In this document: piece after piece, positions 20,042 to 28,687 of the stretch
Position numbering within the stretch: position 1 is the stretch's first letter
Layout: each line of letters begins with the position of its first letter
Origin: Candidatus Latescibacterota bacterium
GTDB taxonomy: Bacteria; Latescibacterota; UBA2968; GCA-2709665
Assembly: GCA_965222075.1 (NCBI GenBank)
Contig: OZ244937.1
Coordinates: forward strand, 3,904,001 to 3,968,000
DNA: 64,000 nt
Reading direction: 5' to 3'
The notes under the pieces: generated by a model
Seen by the model: the letters and a program-made list of their open reading frames with translations, nothing else
Told to the model about the DNA's origin: nothing
Databases searched by the model: none
Translations under genes and position numbers: made by a program

Positions 20042-21120
20042 TCCAGAGAAGCGATGAAGTTTTTAATCCGGGGCCAAACAGAATCCGTTTCCATCTGGGT
20101 GAGGCAGCGTATGTCACCGAACTGACAGGGCGGGTTGTTTCCGACGGTTTTGATCGTCCAGCAGGGGGTGCAGGACAGGTCCTGACGGCGCAGGATGAGG
20201 TGGAGGGGCTGGCCGTTGACCGATTTCCAGTAGCGGTAGGGGCCGCTGCGCTTTTCGTCGGTGGGGCCCCAGAAAGCGATGCACCGCACCTCCAGGGCTG
20301 CGGAAATATGCATAAGACCCGAGTCGTTGCCCAAAAAAAAACGGGCATGGACCACCTGACCCGCCAGCTCCGAAAGGCTGCGGGAGGGGACGTTCAAGAG
20401 GGTTTCGGGGGAGACCAGGGTTTGGATTTGATCCCGCAGGTCTTTTTCCTCGGGGCCGCCGATGAGCAGGCACTTGAGGCCGAATTCTCGATGAATCTTT
20501 CTGATGAAGGCAGCAAAAGACTCCGGGGGGAGGCGTTTGTATATCATCTCCCGTTCTGCGCTGGACCCGGGGTGGCATACGTAGTAATTTTCCGTTTTCA
20601 GGACCTCTTTCTGAGAATAGCCGGGCGGAATGGGAAAATTCAGGCGGATGGAGGAGGGAGGGGGCTGGCCTGTGATTTTTGCGGCGAGTCTGAGGTTCTG
20701 ATCGGTGTCGTGGGCATCGAGGTCGAGGGGGAGGGATTCCTGCTGGATCAGGGAGGGGAGCCTGCTGTGGGGGTAGGCGAACCCGATTCGATTTTTGGCT
20801 CCTACAAACCGAGAAAACAGGCTGCCCTTCCAGTTGGGTGAGGGGAAAAGAGAGACCAGATTCCGGTACTGCTCCTGTCGAAACCGGCGCAATACCGCAA
20901 GGCCTCGGCTGAGGGATTCTTTGTCGGGGTCCCAGTGGAATACCTTATTGAAATATCCGGTGGCTTCGGCCATCTGCCGGATGCCCGGTTTTAAGGCGAG
21001 CATGTGGAGGTGCGCTTTCCCAAGGTGTTGAGACAGGTGTTGCAGGGCCGGGGTCATCATCATAAAATTGCCCAGCCCGATAGGGCAGATGACGAGCGTT
21101 TTTGCATTTCGGTCGGACAT
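20038..21120 (-). CDS. Glycosyltransferase family 9 (LPS heptosyltransferase-like)
   Basis: GLGNFMM.TP, HPGS, GNDSGLMHISAAL, FWGPT, CTPC...C...C. Confidence 0.9.
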   Translation of the reverse strand: MSDRNAKTLVICPIGLGNFMMMTPALQHLSQHLGKAHLHMLALKPGIRQMAEATGYFNKVFHWDPDKESLSRGLAVLRRFRQEQYRNLVSLFPSPNWKGSLFSRFVGAKNRIGFAYPHSRLPSLIQQESLPLDLDAHDTDQNLRLAAKITGQPPPSSIRLNFPIPPGYSQKEVLKTENYYVCHPGSSAEREMIYKRLPPESFAAFIRKIHREFGLKCLLIGGPEEKDLRDQIQTLVSPETLLNVPSRSLSELAGQVVHARFFLGNDSGLMHISAALEVRCIAFWGPTDEKRSGPYRYWKSVNGQPLHLILRRQDLSCTPCWTIKTVGNNPPCQFGDIRCLTQMETDSVWPRIKNFIASLD

Positions 21121-21217
21121 AAGCCGGATACCGCCTCAATCCAAAGGGGGAAGGATCGGCCTTGCAAGATGCCTTTCTCGGATATCAGGTGTTAATCGGA
21201 ATTTGCTGAGGGAGTTC

Positions 21218-22687
21218 TCACCCCACGGTGAAGGCAGACCAGAGCCTTTGCAGTTCATCGGACAGCTCACGTCCTTCAAGGATCAGGAGAACGATGCCGT
21301 AGGTTAAGCAGAGAAGGGCCGATCCGACAATCAGGGACGCGAGTGTAGAAAGGTCTCCGATGGGATCGGCAAACGCCAGGCGCACCGCAAGCGCCGCTCC
21401 CCCGGCAAGCAGGGGAGGCACGATGGCGCGTCCCCAGGGGACATCAACATGCCTGGTAGCAGCCCGCAAGGCCAGTACGATACCCACAAAGGCCATCAGG
21501 TCTATGCTCAGGGCCGTGCCCCTGGGGCCGAAACGCCCGGTGAGGATGGGTGCAAGCACCAGGAGGAGCCCTGCCTGGATAGCGGTGAATCGGGCGAATG
21601 TGCGGGGCTTTCCCACCCCGAGGAAGAGGTTGTACACATCTTCCAGGATCGGCCGGCACAGGGAATATACGACAAGCCATCGAAGAATGGGGACCAGGGG
21701 TAGCCACCGCTCTTTTGCCAGGAGTTTTACCAGAGCCGGGGCTTCGACAGCAAGCACAAGTGTGATCAGGATCGTGGCCCGAAAGATGAGCCGCATGGTG
21801 CGGCGGAAGGCTGCCGAAAGTCGTATCCGGTCGTTCTGATAGCGTGCATAAACCGCGCCCGTTATATTGAGGAGCGCGTGTGTGAACGCTCCGGTCGGTA
21901 TCTGGGCAAACATATGGGCTTGCGCGTAGAATCCGAGAACGCCTGCGCCCAACAGTGTTCCAACGATAAACCTGTCATACTGGAGGGTCAGGGTCTGCAT
22001 CATGCCGCCAATCCAGTACCAGAGTCCGTAACGAAAAAAGTTCCGCGCACCTGCGAAGTTGAAATCGCGCAGCCGGGTTATTGAGGGCGGCTGGTGGATC
22101 CATATCAGCGCACAGTAGACAACAATATAACTCACGCTATTGACGAAGAAACCCAGGATAAGGGCCCAGACACCCCCACCGGCATAGGCTATTGCGATTG
22201 CGACAAAAGAGGCCGCGATGGATGCCGTTGCCTGGGATACGGCCAGGCGGCCGAACTGGAGACTACGTCTGAGCTGGGTTTCGGAAGTGAGTGCGGCATT
22301 CCGTACAAGATCCAAAACGGCAAAGATGATCAGGGCAGTGGCCACGATTTCACCGTACTGTTGGCCAACAAAGAGAAACGCCAGGCCAACGGCTACGGAG
22401 GTGCTCAGGACTCCCAAGCCGGTATTCAGGAGAAAGTGGGTGGGAAGGAGTTCGTCTACACGATCGTGTTGATGGAGCAGAGCGATATGAAGGCCGAATC
22501 TCCGCAGTGCGGCGACGATGGTCAGGAGTGAGATGGCGAGCGTCACATAACCAAAGTCCTCCTCAACGAGCTTCCGCATGAGGAGGATGTTCACGGTCCA
22601 GTTGACCAGACGGGCGAAATAGCTACTGCTCAACGTCTGGACGGCACCGCGCACAATCCGCTGGACGGGCGAGCGATCTTCAGGCAA
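21218..22687 (-). CDS. Oligosaccharide flippase (Wzx/PST family)
   Basis: About 12 TM segments; EEDFG, GVWAL, DRFIVG...LGFY. TTG start chosen after GAGGAG. Confidence 0.88.
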   Translation of the reverse strand: MPEDRSPVQRIVRGAVQTLSSSYFARLVNWTVNILLMRKLVEEDFGYVTLAISLLTIVAALRRFGLHIALLHQHDRVDELLPTHFLLNTGLGVLSTSVAVGLAFLFVGQQYGEIVATALIIFAVLDLVRNAALTSETQLRRSLQFGRLAVSQATASIAASFVAIAIAYAGGGVWALILGFFVNSVSYIVVYCALIWIHQPPSITRLRDFNFAGARNFFRYGLWYWIGGMMQTLTLQYDRFIVGTLLGAGVLGFYAQAHMFAQIPTGAFTHALLNITGAVYARYQNDRIRLSAAFRRTMRLIFRATILITLVLAVEAPALVKLLAKERWLPLVPILRWLVVYSLCRPILEDVYNLFLGVGKPRTFARFTAIQAGLLLVLAPILTGRFGPRGTALSIDLMAFVGIVLALRAATRHVDVPWGRAIVPPLLAGGAALAVRLAFADPIGDLSTLASLIVGSALLCLTYGIVLLILEGRELSDELQRLWSAFTVG

Positions 22688-22926
22688 CGGACCTCTCCTC
22701 GCTACGGGTACGGTCCCACTCGCTGGAAACGATGGACAAAACGTCCTGAATACCCAGGAGGTATGTAAAAATTGCAGATAATATATGGGTTTTGTGTACA
22801 AAGGTCAAACTGAGCTTCAGGGTAGAGAATCGATAACCCATACGCGAAGGCCGGTTCGGTGGGAAATGCATTTTACGGGTTGGTTGAACAATAATGGTAG
22901 CTGCCAGAAAGGGGTGTCATTCTCGG

Positions 22927-23826
22927 CTAAGCCCGTTTTCCGATCCCACTGCCTGCCTTCACGTGGACCTCTAAAACCTCTGCCGAGTCCCTGACCAGGT
23001 CCTCGTCAAACACAATCGCTCCCGGCTTGAACAGCAGCGCAAGCGTGGACCCTCCGTACTGGAAGTAGCCCTTTTCCCGGCCCCTGTCCACCTGGCCGGG
23101 AGTGTACGTCTGGGCGATACTTCCAACTGCAAACCCACCGATCTCCACGTAAGCAATCCGGCCGAAATAGGCGGAGACAAACTCCGTCACCGCCCGTTTG
23201 TTTCTGCAGAACGCGTCCGTCACCCTGGCCAGTCCAACCGGATTTACCACGTAATACTTCCCCGGAATGGTTCTGGCAGGCCCGGCCTCTCCCGCATCCG
23301 GAAAGTGGAACCGGTGGTAGTCGCAGGGTGCCAGACGGATGACCAGCGCCGATCCCCCACGGTAGGGCCGGGCGGCGGACTCGGAATCCAGCAGCGACGC
23401 CAGCGCAACGGACGCCCCCTTCACCGGAATCCGGGTGCCTTCTTCCAGGTGGGGATAAACCAGGACCTTACCGTCAGCAGGGGCGCAGAAAACTTCCGGC
23501 TCCGGAACAAAAGGCCGGGCCCCGATCTTGAGCCGACGTGTGAAAAACGCGTTGAAGCTCCGGTAATTGTCCAGCGGAAGTTCAACCTCTCCGATATCGA
23601 TCCCATATCGATCGACAAATTCGGGAATCTTCCTGCGGCTCCAGGACAAATCCTGCCACCTGCCGTACAGCCGACAGAACATCCGGTTGTTCAGCACACC
23701 GTCAAAAACCCTGAGACCGGCCGAATGTGAATAAATCCAGCGCTGCGCAGCTTCGTAAAGCAGAGGTTCGGTAACAATCTCACCGATCTCACGATTCCGA
23801 TAACTTACCACGATTTCGCAGGACAT
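22927..23826 (-). CDS. psd: Phosphatidylserine decarboxylase proenzyme
   Basis: FNAFFTRRLK, PADG, RLAPCDYHRFHFP, GYFQYGGST autocleavage motif. Confidence 0.92.
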   Translation of the reverse strand: MSCEIVVSYRNREIGEIVTEPLLYEAAQRWIYSHSAGLRVFDGVLNNRMFCRLYGRWQDLSWSRRKIPEFVDRYGIDIGEVELPLDNYRSFNAFFTRRLKIGARPFVPEPEVFCAPADGKVLVYPHLEEGTRIPVKGASVALASLLDSESAARPYRGGSALVIRLAPCDYHRFHFPDAGEAGPARTIPGKYYVVNPVGLARVTDAFCRNKRAVTEFVSAYFGRIAYVEIGGFAVGSIAQTYTPGQVDRGREKGYFQYGGSTLALLFKPGAIVFDEDLVRDSAEVLEVHVKAGSGIGKRA

Positions 23827-23893
23827 GGCGCTGTATACGGGTTCTGGAAAATGGAAAAAAAACGACCGGACAGCGACATTAAAAAATCGTCAC

Positions 23894-25696
23894 TCAGGCC
23901 GGAATAACCGGCAGCACAATATGCGACGGCCGGTCCGGGTCGTGGTAGACCGCCTGCTCTGCCAGCGCAAACCGGCGGTCCCGTCCAAGCGGGCCTCCCG
24001 TGTTGGGATTGATGTCGAACCGGGGAAAGTTGCTGCTGGACACATCCAAGCGGATGCGATGTCCCTTTGCAAACACATTCGACGTCGGGTACATCACGAT
24101 CTCAAACGCGAACACCTCCCCCGGCTCCATCAGCTCCGCCCTCTCCCGCGAGTTCCTGTACCGCCCCCGAATAATACTATCCGAAATATTCTGCGCAAAC
24201 CCGTCCGGGTAGTCCACATTGTGCGGGTGAACATCGATCAGCTTCACCGTAAAATCCGTATCCACGGCCGACGACGATGCCCACAGCTTCACCGTCAGCG
24301 GCCCCGTCACCTCTACGTCTGCTTCCAGCTCCTCCGTCTGAAACACCAGCACATCGCTCCGCGCAGACAGGGGCAGCGTATCCTTACACCCGTAAAACCG
24401 CCGGTTTCCCCGCTGGTCGAAAGCCCCTGCACCCATCACCTCGTTCGCCGCCGAAATCCCACCCCCGATCGTGGGCACCGGATCCCTTGGATCGAACGTA
24501 AACCGGCTCGGCTCCGAAGCCTCCGGTGCCTCCGGACTCAGCGTGCCGTCCGCGTGGAGGTAATGAGGCGTATACGTCGTATTGGACAGCGGCCAGTCCT
24601 CCACATCCCGCCATGTCCCTAAGTGAGAGAGCCGGCCGCTTCGGTCCTTCTCGCTGCTCCCGTCTCCCATCACAAAAATCCGCACCGGCTTCTCCTGGTC
24701 CACCCCGTTGTCGATCCCCTTCAACCACCTATCGAACCACCGCAGCCGGTACCCGTTGTAATCGTCTAACACCGCATCCGGCCCGAAATCCACGTCCCCC
24801 GCAAACGAATTCCCCCATCCCCCGTGGGTCCACGGCCCCATCAGCAGGTGCTGGGGGGTCTTCTTCATCTTCGACAGCGCCACGTAGTTATCCGTCGTCC
24901 CCCGGGCATACGAATCGTACCATCCCCCCAGGTAAACCGTGGGCACGTCTGCGTGCTCCTCGTAATACTGCTCGATCGCGTACCCCCGCTGCTTCCAGTA
25001 CGCGTTGTAATCCCCTTCGCCGAGAATATCCAGCAGCCACTGCTCGTAAGACGGCAGGAACCGCAGCGCCGACGACCCTCGCTTGTACGGCGTCCGGGTC
25101 AGCCACTCGCCCACCCGTTCATAATCCTCCACAAGTGCCGCCTTGAGCGCCGGGTCCGCCAGCGCCTCGCGGCTCGTTGTGGCCATGCGAAACGCGTACA
25201 CCATAAATCGCAGCTCCAGCGCCCCGTTCTGCCGCAGCGAACTCTTGTGGTAATTCGACGTCCCCACCGCCACCACCATCGCCTTCAAGTGGGGCGGGTT
25301 CAGCGTTGCCAGTGCGCTCTGATCGCTCCCGCAGTACGATCCCCCCATCGTGCCCACGTTCCCATCGCACCAGGGCTGCGCTCCTGCCCACTCCACGCTG
25401 TCATACCCGTCCGGCCCCTCCTTCGCAAAGGGGTACCACTCCCCGTCCGACTGGAACCGCCCCCGCACATCCTGCATCACCGCCACATACCCTCGCCGCG
25501 CGAAATACCGCCCCTCGTTCACCCGCCCCTCCTTATCGTATGGCGTCCGCTCCATCACCGCCGGAAACCGCCCCTCCACCACCTTTCCGTTCCGGGCGGG
25601 CAGGTACAGGTCCGCGGCCAGCGCCACCCCATCCCGCATCGGCACCGGCACATTCTTCTGCGCAACCACATCGTACTCCATCCAGGATCCCTGCAT
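23894..25696 (-). CDS. CocE/NonD family hydrolase
   Basis: MRDGVALAADLY, RTPY, DVRGRF.SDG, GGSYCG, GWYD, GPWTH, SSSNFPRFD. Confidence 0.92.
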   Translation of the reverse strand: MQGSWMEYDVVAQKNVPVPMRDGVALAADLYLPARNGKVVEGRFPAVMERTPYDKEGRVNEGRYFARRGYVAVMQDVRGRFQSDGEWYPFAKEGPDGYDSVEWAGAQPWCDGNVGTMGGSYCGSDQSALATLNPPHLKAMVVAVGTSNYHKSSLRQNGALELRFMVYAFRMATTSREALADPALKAALVEDYERVGEWLTRTPYKRGSSALRFLPSYEQWLLDILGEGDYNAYWKQRGYAIEQYYEEHADVPTVYLGGWYDSYARGTTDNYVALSKMKKTPQHLLMGPWTHGGWGNSFAGDVDFGPDAVLDDYNGYRLRWFDRWLKGIDNGVDQEKPVRIFVMGDGSSEKDRSGRLSHLGTWRDVEDWPLSNTTYTPHYLHADGTLSPEAPEASEPSRFTFDPRDPVPTIGGGISAANEVMGAGAFDQRGNRRFYGCKDTLPLSARSDVLVFQTEELEADVEVTGPLTVKLWASSSAVDTDFTVKLIDVHPHNVDYPDGFAQNISDSIIRGRYRNSRERAELMEPGEVFAFEIVMYPTSNVFAKGHRIRLDVSSSNFPRFDINPNTGGPLGRDRRFALAEQAVYHDPDRPSHIVLPVIPA

Positions 25697-25718
25697 CTTG
25701 AACTCCTTTTTCTCTCCA

Positions 25719-26828
25719 TTACCCTGCATCGGGCCGCTGCTTGAACTGACCCGCCTGCCGCAGCGCTTCAACCCCCGACCCCCTCTCGGCCAGCGGAAAA
25801 TGCGCCGGCCGGTTGCCTGCAAGCTGAGACTGGTAAACGGCCATCACCATCTCCAGCGAGCGGCGCCCCGCCCGCCCGTCGCTGCGCAGTTCCCCGCTTC
25901 CTTCCAGGGCATTCACCAACTCGTTCAGCGCCAGGACATAAGTTGACGCGGGCGGTGGATGATCGATCGGTGTCAATTTCAAAGAGTTCCACTGGAACCC
26001 GCTGTCCGGTTCGTACTCGTCCTCTACCGCCCGGTAGAGATTTACCTGTTCTCCCAAAAAACGGATCACTCCCTCCGTCCCCCGCAGCTCAAACGCATTA
26101 TCCGTATAAGCTGTCAGTTCCGCGCCATGTACCAATCCTGTCGTCCCATTCTTGAACTTCATAAATGCCGCGCTGAAGTCCTCCACGGCCCATGGCCGCA
26201 TCCGCTGCTCGGCCATTCCGCAGAGCCATGCCACCTCGCCGGCGAACATGTCCATCAGATCGAAGTAGTGGGTAAAATCGTGAAGCAGCGGCCCTTCGTT
26301 CTCGCTGCGCCACCAGGGCGCGGGTTTGCCCCCGTCCATATAGCAGTAGATGTGATTGAGGTCTCCGAGCGCACCCTCCTGCAGCAGCTGGAGGCCCAGG
26401 TTCCACTCCGGACTCCATCGGCGGTTGTGATTAATCTGCAGCGGAATCCCGACATGGTCGCAGGCCGCAACCATGCGGTCGCATTCCTCTAACGACAGCG
26501 CCATCGGTTTCTCACAGATAATCGCCCTCGTAGAGGAAGCCGCCGCGCACGCCTCCACCATCTCGCAGTGGAGTTCCGGGTGGGTGGCGACAATACAGAT
26601 ATCCGGTTTCACCTCCTCCAGCATCTGTCTGTAATCGTGGAAAAGGGCGTCAACCCCGTAGCGCTCCCCAAACGCCTCCAGCTTCTCACGCCCGCGGTTC
26701 ACACCCGCCACAAGCTCGCAATCTCCGCTTTGTTGAATGGTATCCGCGTGATTGTCCGGCAAATCGCCGAAGCTGAACTGGTATCCCACGCGCCCGGTGC
26801 CGATCAGCGCGATCCGGTACTTAGCCAT
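25719..26828 (-). CDS. Gfo/Idh/MocA family oxidoreductase
   Basis: IALIGTG, CEKPMA, NHNRR, THYFD. Confidence 0.9.
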   Translation of the reverse strand: MAKYRIALIGTGRVGYQFSFGDLPDNHADTIQQSGDCELVAGVNRGREKLEAFGERYGVDALFHDYRQMLEEVKPDICIVATHPELHCEMVEACAAASSTRAIICEKPMALSLEECDRMVAACDHVGIPLQINHNRRWSPEWNLGLQLLQEGALGDLNHIYCYMDGGKPAPWWRSENEGPLLHDFTHYFDLMDMFAGEVAWLCGMAEQRMRPWAVEDFSAAFMKFKNGTTGLVHGAELTAYTDNAFELRGTEGVIRFLGEQVNLYRAVEDEYEPDSGFQWNSLKLTPIDHPPPASTYVLALNELVNALEGSGELRSDGRAGRRSLEMVMAVYQSQLAGNRPAHFPLAERGSGVEALRQAGQFKQRPDAG

Positions 26829-26949
26829 GATATCCTCCTCGAATAAAAGTAGCCGACCTCTGTGTCCCCAGCCAGACAGCAACTTCTGACACACCAAAAT
26901 AATCAATCATTTGTTCCCAGCGGCACCAAGGCGCTGTTCTATCCGTCAT

Positions 26950-26978
26950 AAAAAAACCGCGATAGCTTGGTATTGCGG
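26950..26978 (-). terminator. Putative intrinsic terminator of the MTase-kinase-REC-MBL operon
   Basis: Minus strand CCGCAATA-ccaagc-TATCGCGG (one mismatch) followed by T7. Confidence 0.6.
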
Positions 26979-27024
26979 CACAAAAATGGGTAAATAGCCA
27001 ATCCGGACCTGAACGGTCAATAGC

Positions 27025-28011
27025 TTATCGACATAGGGCCGTTGGAGCAACCTCTGTGATAAATGACTGGTGATCAGAATAATGTGGCAAAATCGTATTG
27101 AAATCATCAAGATCGATTAAGATCGTTCCTGCACAGCACTTACGACATTCACGGCCTTGGGCGAATACATCGTTCAAGTGCTTTGGAGACGAGCCTGGAA
27201 GCGATGACGCGCAGTGCTCCGAAAGCTGAGTACAAGCGATCCGGACATCAGACACCTGTTCTCGGACAGCGGTCACAATCTCTGGCCGAGGTGCTCCATG
27301 TCGCCCCCGTCCGATCGAAAAAATGACCATAGCCGGTGATACGATCTCACAAAGAGTTCGGGCAAACACGGCCATATCCATGGAACCCGTCCTGCCACCA
27401 TGATGGGGAAATATAACAACCGGGGCAGTCGCATCCACTCCGGAATTGCGAAGGTCGTCCAGGCCAATGCTGTCCAGGTCTCCTGGAAGAAGTGCTATTG
27501 GGTTCCCGTCTTTTAACAAACGCGCTACTACACTGACTGAGTGTCTGGTAAGTTTTCTTCCTCGCTTATCCCTGCTACCCGGCCCCTTAGCAGCCAGATA
27601 CTTGCTGGGACCAAGAATTTCAATCTGCACCTCACTTCTATCAAATCCTCCTCTACTGTCTCTGGTCAACGACGTGTCAAAATCAAGTTTACCTGCAATG
27701 TCCGCACGGTCAAGTTCGTAAAGAAGATCACCCCAAAGTCTCGATCCCTTTTCTGAGTCAGTGTTCAACCGTACAGACCTAACTCGAAACTTGCTGGAAG
27801 ACAATAACTGGACCAGTCCCCCGATATGGTCTTCATCCGCATGAGAGATCAGTACAGCGTCGATTGTAGTAACTCCACTCTCTTCCAGGTACTCAAGTAA
27901 GGAACTCCCCAGACCTGTGTCGATGACTACCACACCTTCAGAATCGATAAGAATCGCGCTGTTTCCATGTCCTACATCAAGAATCGCCAGATTATGCTTT
28001 GGTACAGACAT
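27025..28011 (-). CDS. ComEC/Rec2-like metallo-beta-lactamase-fold hydrolase (putative nuclease effector)
   Basis: LDVGHGNS, VIDTG, ISHADEDHIGG, LPGD, FPHHGG; Cys-rich tail; no TM segments. Start set at MSVPK (28011), 10 nt after the REC stop. Confidence 0.85.
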   Translation of the reverse strand: MSVPKHNLAILDVGHGNSAILIDSEGVVVIDTGLGSSLLEYLEESGVTTIDAVLISHADEDHIGGLVQLLSSSKFRVRSVRLNTDSEKGSRLWGDLLYELDRADIAGKLDFDTSLTRDSRGGFDRSEVQIEILGPSKYLAAKGPGSRDKRGRKLTRHSVSVVARLLKDGNPIALLPGDLDSIGLDDLRNSGVDATAPVVIFPHHGGRTGSMDMAVFARTLCEIVSPAMVIFSIGRGRHGAPRPEIVTAVREQVSDVRIACTQLSEHCASSLPGSSPKHLNDVFAQGRECRKCCAGTILIDLDDFNTILPHYSDHQSFITEVAPTALCR

Positions 28012-28021
28012 TGACAAGCCC

Positions 28022-28684
28022 TTAGTCAGCTTCCCAGCTATCGAAGTAGAGGTCTTCATGATTCTCGGCTCCAACATTAACCTGAGCATGAAACCGTTTT
28101 TCCAGCTTAACAAGAGATCGGATATCATTAGGCAAATCATCAAAAGAAACGCGGATCTTTTTTCTTGGATTCCAACCTGAAATGATAACGTAGAAATAAT
28201 CTTCACCAGGTTCCACTTCCTCGACCCGAACAAGCGTTCTCCAAGGCTTTCGACTCGGCTGGTACTGGCCATCGAACTCTTGGATGCAACGCTCAAATCC
28301 TCTTGCGATATTGTCCGGGTCAAGTTCGTCAGGCTTCAAAAGCGCTGGAATAAAACGTCTGCGGCTCCTCATAAGGCTAATGTCCACATCGGTGTAGGTT
28401 GTACATAGTACTGCTGGGATAATCTTATAACACTCAGCGACTATTTCATCACCATTGAACCTCGCATAATGTCCTTTCTTCCGCAGATGATAGTCGCAAA
28501 GTACAGCATCCACTTGAGTTGGTAATTGTTGTAAAAATCGCTGCAGGTTGTTCAGAGGGCCAGCCTCTTGTACAGGAAACAGCCCTAGTTCCTCTAAGGA
28601 GTATTCATAGCTTTCTCTGGCTCTTTCATCATCGTCAACAATTGACACCCGTTCGATTCTTGTGCTTTCAATCTGAAGTGGCAT
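28022..28684 (-). CDS. Receiver (REC) domain protein with uncharacterised beta-rich C-terminal domain
   Basis: IVDDD acidic pocket, LCD64 phospho-acceptor, NG loop, T95 and K117-P; about 80-aa non-HTH tail. Confidence 0.8.
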   Translation of the reverse strand: MPLQIESTRIERVSIVDDDERARESYEYSLEELGLFPVQEAGPLNNLQRFLQQLPTQVDAVLCDYHLRKKGHYARFNGDEIVAECYKIIPAVLCTTYTDVDISLMRSRRRFIPALLKPDELDPDNIARGFERCIQEFDGQYQPSRKPWRTLVRVEEVEPGEDYFYVIISGWNPRKKIRVSFDDLPNDIRSLVKLEKRFHAQVNVGAENHEDLYFDSWEAD

Positions 28685-28687
28685 AAT

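Noticed and set aside
28012-28323. N-terminal extension of the MBL ORF given in the ORF track (432 aa)
   Set aside because: It overlaps the REC gene in another frame; MBL motifs begin right after Met at 28011
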